This document shows, one piece after another, positions 55,881-64,000 of a DNA stretch of 64,000 nt; position 1 is the first letter of the stretch; each line of letters begins with the position of its first letter. Both the position numbers and the translations under genes were made by a program. The notes beneath the pieces are model-generated. The model was given only the letters and a program-made list of their open reading frames with translations. It was not told the DNA's origin and made no database searches. Source of the DNA: an uncultured Candidatus Saccharibacteria bacterium (lineage in GTDB: Bacteria; Patescibacteriota; Minisyncoccia; Phycocordibacterales; PALSA-1337); contig CAZBLC010000002.1 in assembly GCA_964492835.1 (NCBI GenBank), forward strand, positions 7,375-71,374. Direction: 5' to 3'.

Positions 55881-57839
55881 ATGTCATCAAATGTTGCAAA
55901 TTTAGATTTAAATCAAAGACAGAGAGAAGCTGTCGAAACTACCGAGGGACCAGTATTAATAATTGCAGGTGCAGGTGCTGGAAAGACAAAAACAATCACA
56001 CATAGAATACTTAATTTAATTAAAAATGGTGTTAAGCCATCAGAAATACTTGCCATTACCTTTACCAACAAGGCAGCTAAGGAAATGCGGGAGAGAGTAT
56101 TTCATTTAATAGAGCAGGACAAGACATTAAACATCCCAATATCATTCAATGAGAGACCCTTCGTAAGTACATTCCATGCACTTGGGGTACACATAATCAA
56201 AGAGAATGCATCTCTGTTGGGTATAACAAGACACTTCACAATATATGACAGGGGTGATTCAAAGAGAGCAGTTAAGGATGCTTTAGAGGAAATGGGGATG
56301 GATATTAAGCAATATGAGCCTGGGATAATACTAAATACCATATCTAGAGAGAAGGGAGATGGGGTAACAGTAGCAAAGTATAGATCAAATCATACTAGCG
56401 ACTACTTTAAAAAGGTAGTTGGGCAAGCTTGGGAGAAATATGAGGAGACCCTACTTAAAGAGAAGTCTTTAGACTTTGATGATCTGCTATTAAAAACCGC
56501 CAGCCTACTTAAGACATATCCTGAAGTTAAAAAGCATTACAGCAAGGTATGGAAATACATACACATAGACGAGTATCAGGATACAAACAGAGTACAATAT
56601 GAGATTGCATCATTACTAGCTGAAGAAAATCGTAATATATGCGTCGTGGGTGATATCGATCAAAACATATATAGCTGGAGAGGGGCAGACATTGCTAATA
56701 TGATGAACTTTGAGAAGGAATATCCTGAAACAAAGATAATTACCCTAGAGGAAAACTATAGATCAACACAAACAATACTTGCGGTTGCTAATAACGTAAT
56801 TAAGAAGAATGTACTTAGACCCGAAAAGAACTTGTTCACAAAGAACATAGAGGGGGAGAAGGTAGAATTACTAATATCATATACAGAACAAGAAGAGGCT
56901 CGTATGATAGCTGATGAAGCCAACAAACTCATTAAAAATGGTAATAACCCTAGAGAATTAGCCGTACTGTACCGTGCCAACTTCCAGTCTAGAGTACTAG
57001 AAGAAGCATTTCTAAAGAAAAATATTCCATATCAAGTGTTGGGAGTAAAATTCTTTGAGAGAAAGGAAGTGAAGGATGTATTGTCATTTATAAAGGCAAG
57101 TATGAATAGGGATAGTACGAATGATCTAGTAAGAGTAGTTAACGTTCCACCTAGAGGTATTGGTAAGGCAACGATAATGAAGGTAATAACTGGACAAGTA
57201 GATACACTGGGACCGAGCCTGAGAAATAAGGTGGATCAATTCACTAGCCTACTGGAGAGAATTAAAGCTGTAGCACTTAAAGAAAGTCCTTCTACCCTTA
57301 TAAAATTTATCATAACTGAATCTGGGATAGAAAGTGTATACAAGAACGGTAGTATGGAGGAGCAAGAGAAATTAGAGAACTTAAGAGAGCTAGTATCAGT
57401 TGCTAGTCAGTATGACTCTTTACCACCAGGGGAGGCTATAGAGAAGCTTCTTGAAAATGCTGCACTCGCAACAGATCAAGATGAGATGGAAAAGGATAAT
57501 AATGCAGTTAAACTAATGACTGTGCATGCATCTAAGGGTCTAGAATTTGATTATGTATTCATTGCTGGTATGGAGGAAGACCTATTCCCACACCAAAGGA
57601 TGAATGAAGAGAAAATAAGCCAATCACAAGCAGAGGAGGAGAGAAGACTCTTCTATGTAGCCCTAACTAGAGCAAGGAAGAAGATATACCTAAGCTATAC
57701 ACAACTAAGAACAATATTCGGTGCACAGAAAGTTAATACTCCATCAAGCTTCATAAGTGATATAGGGGATGAGCATATTACCTCCGTAGGGGATACTGAG
57801 GCTCCAAGAGGAATTAAGGCAATATTCATAGATTTCTGA
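55881..57839 (+). CDS. pcrA: ATP-dependent DNA helicase PcrA/UvrD family
   Basis: 652 aa. LNQRQREAV… Walker A AGAGAGKTKTITHR. …VDEYQDTN…, …TVHASKGLEFD…, …YVALTRAR…. Confidence 0.85.
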   Translation: MSSNVANLDLNQRQREAVETTEGPVLIIAGAGAGKTKTITHRILNLIKNGVKPSEILAITFTNKAAKEMRERVFHLIEQDKTLNIPISFNERPFVSTFHALGVHIIKENASLLGITRHFTIYDRGDSKRAVKDALEEMGMDIKQYEPGIILNTISREKGDGVTVAKYRSNHTSDYFKKVVGQAWEKYEETLLKEKSLDFDDLLLKTASLLKTYPEVKKHYSKVWKYIHIDEYQDTNRVQYEIASLLAEENRNICVVGDIDQNIYSWRGADIANMMNFEKEYPETKIITLEENYRSTQTILAVANNVIKKNVLRPEKNLFTKNIEGEKVELLISYTEQEEARMIADEANKLIKNGNNPRELAVLYRANFQSRVLEEAFLKKNIPYQVLGVKFFERKEVKDVLSFIKASMNRDSTNDLVRVVNVPPRGIGKATIMKVITGQVDTLGPSLRNKVDQFTSLLERIKAVALKESPSTLIKFIITESGIESVYKNGSMEEQEKLENLRELVSVASQYDSLPPGEAIEKLLENAALATDQDEMEKDNNAVKLMTVHASKGLEFDYVFIAGMEEDLFPHQRMNEEKISQSQAEEERRLFYVALTRARKKIYLSYTQLRTIFGAQKVNTPSSFISDIGDEHITSVGDTEAPRGIKAIFIDF

Positions 57840-57856
57840 TATGCTAAAGCCAATAT

Positions 57857-58645
57857 ATGACTTTTGTAGCTAAAAAATCACTAGGACAAAATTTTCTACA
57901 TGCACCAAATGTAGTTTCTGCCATGGTACACGCTGGAGGGGTTACAAAAGATAGCTTTGTACTAGAAGTAGGGCCAGGTAAAGGGGTATTAACACAAAAG
58001 CTAGTTGAAACTGGAGCAAGAGTCACTGTAGTAGAGAAAGATGATAGGGCAATACCGTTTTTGAATGAAAAGTTTGTAAATGAGGTAAAAAGTGGTCAAT
58101 TAGAGATCATACATGCTGATATTCTAGAGTTTAACGAACAAAATCTACCAAAAAGCTATATATTACTAGCTAATTTACCATATTACATAACTGGAGAGTT
58201 CCTTAGAAAGTTCCTGGAAACACCAAATCCAGCTCAAAAAATGGTCATTATGCTACAGAAGGAGGTGGCCAAGAGAATTGTTGATGAAAAAGAAAGTATC
58301 CTATCAATATCTGTAAAAGCCTATGGAAATGCTAAATATATTACTACTGTACCAAGAAAATTCTTTAGACCAATACCAAATGTAGATTCAGCGGTAATAT
58401 CTATTGAAAATATATCAAAAAACTTCTTTGTTGAATCAGAAATTGATGAGAAATACTTTTTTGAAGTACTAAAAGCTGGTTTTGCACACAAAAGGAAGGT
58501 AGTTATAAGAAATCTGGAGGATAAAATTGATAAAAATACGCTAAATACACTATGGGAAAGGGAAGCTTGGTCAAAGGATCTAAGAGCAGAGAACATAACA
58601 CTAGAAATGTGGAAAAAAATCGTAGGAAATAGTTGTATCTCTTGA
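57857..58645 (+). CDS. rsmA: 16S rRNA (adenine1518/1519-N6)-dimethyltransferase
   Basis: 262 aa. KKSLGQNFL… …VLEVGPGKGVLT… …ANLPYYIT…. Confidence 0.85.
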   Translation: MTFVAKKSLGQNFLHAPNVVSAMVHAGGVTKDSFVLEVGPGKGVLTQKLVETGARVTVVEKDDRAIPFLNEKFVNEVKSGQLEIIHADILEFNEQNLPKSYILLANLPYYITGEFLRKFLETPNPAQKMVIMLQKEVAKRIVDEKESILSISVKAYGNAKYITTVPRKFFRPIPNVDSAVISIENISKNFFVESEIDEKYFFEVLKAGFAHKRKVVIRNLEDKIDKNTLNTLWEREAWSKDLRAENITLEMWKKIVGNSCIS

Positions 58646-58651
58646 TATAAT

Positions 58652-59557
58652 TTGGTGAGTATCGATGATACTACCCATTTGAAAAATAATTGGAAAAATG
58701 TTTTGTTCATTTGTATCGCAATCCTCCTTGTAGTAGGAGCTTTTGTGTATGCGGAAAACAAGAATAACAAAGAGAAAATTGCATATGTTGCAGAAGATGT
58801 AATATCAGCAGATGGGTCAGTTGTTAGTCCACAAGAAGTTGATACTGATGAGGATGGTAGTAAGGATTGGGAAGAAATACTTTTTGGTACAAGCCCAAAT
58901 GATCCAAAAAGTAAGCCTAGTGCCACAAAAGCACCAGTCACTTCTGATGTAACTAAAGATGCACCCGAGAAACTAGAGCCTATAGATATCGTTAGCAGAG
59001 ATTTCTTTGCTAGATATCTAGAACTAAGACAGTTGGGCGCATCGCAAGACAAGGCTAGTCAGGAGGAATTAGCTAAAACTGTTGCTGGCAATATCGTACT
59101 TTCACAACCAGCTAAATATGTAATCAGTGAAATACAAGTTAAGCCTGATAGCGGAAATGCTGCAGTTATAAAATACGGGGAAGAGGTGAGTGCGATCTTT
59201 AAAAAGTATGCAATCAATTCTAGAAATGAGGCAGTGATTGCAAAAGAATCACTAGAAAAAGAAGATACTGATATACTTAAAGAAATTGATCCTAGCATAA
59301 AAAGTTACAAGAATATAATAAATGCTTTGATAAAGGTTAGTGTTCCTCAATCAATGTCTTTAATGCATCTAGATTTAGTTAACGCAATGAACGGAAGTCT
59401 GTTTGTTGCTCAATCTTTTAGAGATTCTGGTACTAATCCAGTAGAAGGGGTACAGGCGCTGTCATACTACCAAGTAGTGGAGAAGAATTTGTATGATGCG
59501 GTTACGGCAATACGAAGCTATTTTAAATACTTAGGAATATATGAAAATATTTTTTAA
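58652..59557 (+). CDS. hypothetical membrane-anchored protein
   Basis: 301 aa. One N-terminal TM. An acidic linker, then a helical domain. Overlaps the next gene by 17 nt. Confidence 0.45.
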   Translation: MVSIDDTTHLKNNWKNVLFICIAILLVVGAFVYAENKNNKEKIAYVAEDVISADGSVVSPQEVDTDEDGSKDWEEILFGTSPNDPKSKPSATKAPVTSDVTKDAPEKLEPIDIVSRDFFARYLELRQLGASQDKASQEELAKTVAGNIVLSQPAKYVISEIQVKPDSGNAAVIKYGEEVSAIFKKYAINSRNEAVIAKESLEKEDTDILKEIDPSIKSYKNIINALIKVSVPQSMSLMHLDLVNAMNGSLFVAQSFRDSGTNPVEGVQALSYYQVVEKNLYDAVTAIRSYFKYLGIYENIF

Positions 59558-61229
59558 TAAAAATATAATACTAGGATTCATAATACTTACGTTAGTTTTT
59601 TCTGTATTACCTAAAAAAACCAATGCTCTGCTAGGTGTAGGGGATGTTGTTACTGACCCTGGAAACATGGTGCAGACGACGATAACTGCTGCAAACACCA
59701 CTGCATCAGCCTTTTCCCAATACAGTATCCAATTTAAGGAATTCGTACTAGACGGACTGGGTACAATGTTTGTTAAGCAGATAATAAGACAAATTACCAA
59801 CAGTGTTGTTAATTGGATCAACTCTGGATTCGAAGGTAGTCCATCATTCTTACAAAATCCTGGAGGATTCTTTCTTGATGTAGCGGATCAACTTACCGGA
59901 GAGTTCTTGGCTGGGGCAGTGATATGCGACGAAGAAAAGATGCCAGATGGTAGTGTGGTTAAGACTAATTGTAGAGGGGGTGGGCCACTTACAGCACTTT
60001 GTTCACCATTCAGTTTGGATATCAAGATTGCATTGGCTTTTAAATACAGACCTAGAGCACAAACAAGATACAGCTGTACTCTAAGTAAAATAATCGAAAA
60101 CTCTAAAAATGCAGTAGAAAATTCTTCAATTAATGGATTTACAGCAGGTGATTTCAGGCAGGGAGGTTGGCCAGCATTCGTATCACTTACAACAGAACCA
60201 CAAAACAATATTTATGGAGCTTACTTGAGCGCCGAGAGTGATCTATCTTGGAGAGTTGCAAGCGCTCAAGCACAACAAAGAGATGAATTAGGTGCTGGAA
60301 AAGGTTTTCTTTCAATGCGTGACCCTAAGTGTATGAAGCAAGTTGCTGCTGACAAACAGAGAGTCGCTGATCAAAAACTAAAAGTTAAGAACGATCCTTT
60401 TTTGGGTGTTGATGTGGCAACAGTTGAAGGAGGGAATGGTGGACCGGATCAGTTAGTTCCAATTAAAACAAAGTTGGATTGTGACATAGTAACACCTGGC
60501 TCTGTAATAGTTAGTTCATTAGAAAGTAATATTAATGGTCCGCTGCATGAGTTGCAAATCGCTGATGAAATTAATGAGGTAGTTAACGCTCTTTTTGCTC
60601 AGCTTGTTACACAAGTACTACAGAAGGGTCTTAGTAGTGTGAGTAGTGTAAATTCTAGTGGTAGCTCATACCTAGACCAGACAGTAGCTGATCTAAATGC
60701 CGAATCTAATCCACAGATGATAAAGATAAGAGATGAGTTGGTAAAGAACGTAGATGCATACAAGGAAAATACTGAGGAGTACAGAAACAACAGAGAAACA
60801 GCACTTAATGTGATGATTGATATAAGAAGATCATACGACTCTGCTCTAGCTTGCTTTGAACAAAAGCTACAGGATAGTAGTACTAGATATGCATCTGACA
60901 AGCAAACAATAGAAAGAAACATTGCTGAAATTAATGCAACCATAATCAATCAGGTTTCATCTAAAGCAGCAAACCTACTATTACTACTTCAGGAAGCTGA
61001 GGACAGATTGAAGACACTGCAAGATATACAGAATAGAGCAAATACTGCAAGAACATTAAATGATCTAAATATTCCGAGTCAGAGATATTCAGAGCTTCTA
61101 CAGAGTAGGGGACTTACAACAGCGCAAGACGTACAGAAGTCTAAGGCGGACTTAGATACAACAAACACGGAAGCAGCACCATTAAAACAGGATGCAGTTA
61201 GAAAACTACAAACATGCCAAATACTATAA
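59541..61229 (+). CDS. large secreted hypothetical protein, first gene of T4SS-like locus
   Basis: 562 aa. Signal peptide. Cys-containing N-terminal half and a long C-terminal coiled-coil-like region. Directly upstream of a VirB6-like membrane protein. Confidence 0.45.
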   Translation: MKIFFNKNIILGFIILTLVFSVLPKKTNALLGVGDVVTDPGNMVQTTITAANTTASAFSQYSIQFKEFVLDGLGTMFVKQIIRQITNSVVNWINSGFEGSPSFLQNPGGFFLDVADQLTGEFLAGAVICDEEKMPDGSVVKTNCRGGGPLTALCSPFSLDIKIALAFKYRPRAQTRYSCTLSKIIENSKNAVENSSINGFTAGDFRQGGWPAFVSLTTEPQNNIYGAYLSAESDLSWRVASAQAQQRDELGAGKGFLSMRDPKCMKQVAADKQRVADQKLKVKNDPFLGVDVATVEGGNGGPDQLVPIKTKLDCDIVTPGSVIVSSLESNINGPLHELQIADEINEVVNALFAQLVTQVLQKGLSSVSSVNSSGSSYLDQTVADLNAESNPQMIKIRDELVKNVDAYKENTEEYRNNRETALNVMIDIRRSYDSALACFEQKLQDSSTRYASDKQTIERNIAEINATIINQVSSKAANLLLLLQEAEDRLKTLQDIQNRANTARTLNDLNIPSQRYSELLQSRGLTTAQDVQKSKADLDTTNTEAAPLKQDAVRKLQTCQIL

Positions 61230-61233
61230 CTAT

Positions 61234-63018
61234 ATGAAAAAGATACTTTCTACAATTTTTATAGTAACAATAATCCTGAGTCTAGTGGTGGTGCCAGACA
61301 TGTCTTATGCAGCAAATTTTCTGGACGCGCCAATACAGAATGTCGTTCATGGAATTATTTCTTGGGTAATGAATTTTATACTCACCATTGCCTCAGGTTT
61401 GGTAATAGCTAGTGGTCTTCTTCTAAGTGTATCGATTAACATAACAACAAATTTAGGAGTCTATTTTGACAGCATGCCTGTCATGAGAGAAATCTGGTTA
61501 ATTGTAAGAAATATATCTAGTATATTTATAATATTTGCACTTATATATGCATCTATTTCTACAATACTAGATATTGGCAAGAATAACGTTAGGGAACTTG
61601 TAATAAATATAATAAAGGTTGGATTACTAATTAACTTTAGCCTATTTTTTGCAAGGGTTGCGATAGACGCATCCAATTTGGTCTCGTTGCAGTTTTACAG
61701 AGCAATTGCACCACAGTCTGGTCAAACAAAAATAAGTAAGCTTTCATCAGCATATTATGATGGTGGTTTGTCGAATGTGTTTATGAATAGTTTGAAAATT
61801 CAAACAGTATACAATAATAGTAATAGTGGATTTTGGAAAGCTACAGACATCGCGTTCAATATGTCCGTCGCAATGTTTTTCGGAGTTATCATGATGGTTA
61901 CAGCATCTATAAGCTTCCTTGGTGCCTCTATTATGTTTATGGCACGTACCGCAATTCTCTTGTTCTGTATGGCAATGTCTCCGCTATACTTTGCTGCTAT
62001 GATTTTCCCGAATGTAAAAGAGTATTCCGACAAAATCATGAAACAGTTCAAGGCGCAATTACTCTTTATGCCAACATATCTTTTCCTTATGTATATAGCC
62101 TTAAGAGTAATTAGTAGTCCTGGATTTAATTCAGTTTTTGGCGCTGATCCTAATTCTAATTCTACTGCAGGGGAAGGTGCATTCGGAATCACACTTGCTG
62201 GTACAATAATTCAGTATGTAATTGCTCTAGTATTCTTAAATATACCTCTAATAGCAGCTATATCCGCAGGTGGAATGGGGGCTAAATTTGCTGGTGATCT
62301 TACGTCTTCAATGAATGGTTGGCTAAAGAAGCAGCCTGGTAATTTGGCGTCTGGTGCTTGGAGGAATACTGGTAGTAGAGTTGCGAGCCGAGTTGCTAAC
62401 AGTACAGCCATGCAGAGATTTGCAGGTACTAGTTTTGTTGGTCAAGGAATTAGAACAGGATTGACTGGTGTAGCTGGAGAATATAACACTAGACTCAATC
62501 AGAGAATAGCAAACAGAGAAGCTACTTATAATTCGCTAACCGATAGTCAGGCTAGGACAGATTACTCTAGAAGATTAACTGGCTCATTACAAACCAGATC
62601 TGGTCTAGTTTCTATGGCAACTACAGGTAGAGCGGATAGAGTGGGTGCGTCCAGAATACTAACCAGAAGACAAACTGAGATAACAGCAGAAATTAATAGG
62701 ATGCTGGCTAGAAGGAGACAATTGGAGGATATCGTTAGAGGTAATCCAGGAAATAATATCCCGCCTAGAACATTAAGTTATGTTGAGCAACAGGAATATA
62801 ATGATATAGGAACAGCTGCCCAACCAGGAGCAGCCTTAACAAGAGAAAATAACAACCTAGATGATATCAGAAGACAGATGATACAATTCCAAGTCAATAC
62901 TGGTGGACAGATGTCAGGTCACGTAAGAGTTCCTGGTAGAGCACCTATAATCATACCTGGGGTAACGCAAGTAACCGGAGGCGCAACACCTAGCCAGGTT
63001 AATAGAAGAAATTACTAA
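61234..63018 (+). CDS. polytopic membrane protein, VirB6/TrbL-like (type IV secretion / conjugation) with long hydrophilic C-terminal extension
   Basis: Track ORF 61192-63018. The probable start is MKKILSTIFIV. Signal peptide plus 6-7 TM helices over 400 aa, then a Gly/Arg/Thr-rich soluble tail. This architecture and the adjacent PrgI-like gene fit VirB6-family proteins. Confidence 0.4.
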   Translation: MKKILSTIFIVTIILSLVVVPDMSYAANFLDAPIQNVVHGIISWVMNFILTIASGLVIASGLLLSVSINITTNLGVYFDSMPVMREIWLIVRNISSIFIIFALIYASISTILDIGKNNVRELVINIIKVGLLINFSLFFARVAIDASNLVSLQFYRAIAPQSGQTKISKLSSAYYDGGLSNVFMNSLKIQTVYNNSNSGFWKATDIAFNMSVAMFFGVIMMVTASISFLGASIMFMARTAILLFCMAMSPLYFAAMIFPNVKEYSDKIMKQFKAQLLFMPTYLFLMYIALRVISSPGFNSVFGADPNSNSTAGEGAFGITLAGTIIQYVIALVFLNIPLIAAISAGGMGAKFAGDLTSSMNGWLKKQPGNLASGAWRNTGSRVASRVANSTAMQRFAGTSFVGQGIRTGLTGVAGEYNTRLNQRIANREATYNSLTDSQARTDYSRRLTGSLQTRSGLVSMATTGRADRVGASRILTRRQTEITAEINRMLARRRQLEDIVRGNPGNNIPPRTLSYVEQQEYNDIGTAAQPGAALTRENNNLDDIRRQMIQFQVNTGGQMSGHVRVPGRAPIIIPGVTQVTGGATPSQVNRRNY

Positions 63019-63027
63019 AATATTTTT

Positions 63028-63666
63028 ATGGATACAATATTAATAGAAAAACAATTAGAAAAAATCCCTGAAATAATTAAAAAGGCTTTCTTTTCTAATT
63101 CAGTTGCAGAAGAAATTGCAAAAATAGGAGAAAATAATGGTCTGCTTTTAGACCAAATCGATGATCTTATAGAGGAAACGGGGTATATGATAATAGGACT
63201 CAAACCATCTGGAGATTTTATAAATATAATCAGTAAAAAACTAAAAATAGAGAGTACTGCGGCACGAAAAATCTCGACTGAAATAAATGATACAGTTCTA
63301 AAAGAGATTCGAAATGAAATAATAAAGCTAAATTCATCAGAGGATATAAAAGATGACTATAAACCTACTTCCACTTCCACCACTCCTCCACCACCCATCA
63401 CTGACCCGGCTCCGATAGAAAAAGCTGGTGAATTTACTATAGAGAAACCTCCTGTAGGCATAACCACAGAACCAGTTGTTGTTAAGAAGGATGAGGTGCT
63501 GAAAGCAATAGAAGATCCTGAGGAATTACTTGAAGCTCCTAGTATAGATCATATGTTAACTACTCCTGTTGTATCAACAGAGAAGGTGGTGGAGGTAAAG
63601 AAGGTTGATGTAGCACCAGTAGAAAAGAAACCGTACACACTAGATCCATATAGAGAACAAATATAA
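63028..63666 (+). CDS. hypothetical protein with Pro/Thr-rich linker
   Basis: 212 aa. No TM. TSTSTTPPPPITDPAP linker. Lies in the T4SS-like locus. Confidence 0.4.
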   Translation: MDTILIEKQLEKIPEIIKKAFFSNSVAEEIAKIGENNGLLLDQIDDLIEETGYMIIGLKPSGDFINIISKKLKIESTAARKISTEINDTVLKEIRNEIIKLNSSEDIKDDYKPTSTSTTPPPPITDPAPIEKAGEFTIEKPPVGITTEPVVVKKDEVLKAIEDPEELLEAPSIDHMLTTPVVSTEKVVEVKKVDVAPVEKKPYTLDPYREQI

Positions 63667-63681
63667 TGATATAATAAATGC

Positions 63682-64000
63682 ATGAGATACCAAGTTCCAC
63701 AGTTCATTGAAGTAGAAGACAAGATCTTTGGATCACTAACTCTAAAGCAATTTATATATCTTGCTGGTGGGGCAGGGCTATCATTCGCTATATATCGTTT
63801 TCTACCATCTATAATATACTCATTCATACCAATAGTAGTCGTAGTAGCTTTTTCAGCTGCACTAGCATTCTACAAGATAAACAACAAGCCATTCATATTC
63901 GTAGTAGAAGCTGCGTATAAGTACTACACATCTGCGAAGCTCTTCATCTGGAAGAAGGTTCCAAGTAAAAAGACTGATAACCCAGTACAAGAAGCAAAGG
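63682..64000 (+). CDS. PrgI-family (VirB3-like) conjugation/T4SS membrane protein, 3' partial at window edge
   Basis: ORF open from ATG 63682 to the window end. MRYQVPQFIEVEDKIFGSLTLKQFIYLAGGAGLSFAIY… matches the PrgI-family N-terminal signature (VPqdI..vEDKI.G.LTlrQ..yl) and is followed by a TM hairpin. Missing from the supplied track because no stop lies in the window. Confidence 0.5.
   Translation, partial: MRYQVPQFIEVEDKIFGSLTLKQFIYLAGGAGLSFAIYRFLPSIIYSFIPIVVVVAFSAALAFYKINNKPFIFVVEAAYKYYTSAKLFIWKKVPSKKTDNPVQEAK

Noticed and set aside
1-64000. CRISPR arrays, rRNA genes, transposases or integrases anywhere in the window
   Set aside because: I found no regularly spaced direct repeats with unique spacers, no rRNA-like conserved stretches, and no ORF with DDE/transposase signatures. 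The only recombinase, at 50728-51684, looks like a chromosomal XerC/D.

Overview
This 64-kb window comes from a low-GC (roughly one-third GC) bacterial chromosome that uses the standard genetic code. Genes are tightly packed on both strands. The gene content looks like a small-genome Patescibacteria/CPR-like (Saccharibacteria-like) organism. The main contents are listed below.

- **Interrupted str operon.** rpsL-rpsG-fusA carries an ORF6N/KilA-N-like gene and a tandem palindrome array between rpsG and fusA.
- **Housekeeping genes.** lepB, an M50 protease, rpmB, a split comEC with sod in between, recJ-rnhA, an FkbM methyltransferase, a HIT protein, tpiA-pgk, nusA, tig, rsmE, clpP, rny, hup, cca, xth, a xerC/D-like recombinase, rpsO, pcrA/uvrD and ksgA.
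- **Type IV pilus locus.** pilB, pilC and three prepilin-like genes, one of them 595 aa.
- **Methyltransferase pair.** Two paralogous orphan 7TM histidine kinases flank a divergent pair of eukaryote-like protein methyltransferases, one PRMT-like and one SET-domain.
- **GC-anomalous insertions.** One is a single secreted-protein gene at 27.6-28.7 kb. The other is a 2.7-kb four-gene island at 39.56-42.27 kb that contains a divergent DHH/DHHA1-like phosphoesterase.
- **tRNA cluster.** Trp, Pro, Gly and Arg tRNAs, with two paralogous HTH plus LAGLIDADG-like ORFs pressed directly against tRNA 5' ends.
- **Candidate ncRNA.** A GC-rich region bounded by a promoter and a terminator lies upstream of rpsO.
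- **T4SS-like locus.** A conjugation/T4SS-like locus (VirB6-like, PrgI-like) begins at the 3' edge.

I did not recognise any CRISPR array, rRNA, transposase or integrase. Every call rests on by-eye motif recognition only; no searches were run.
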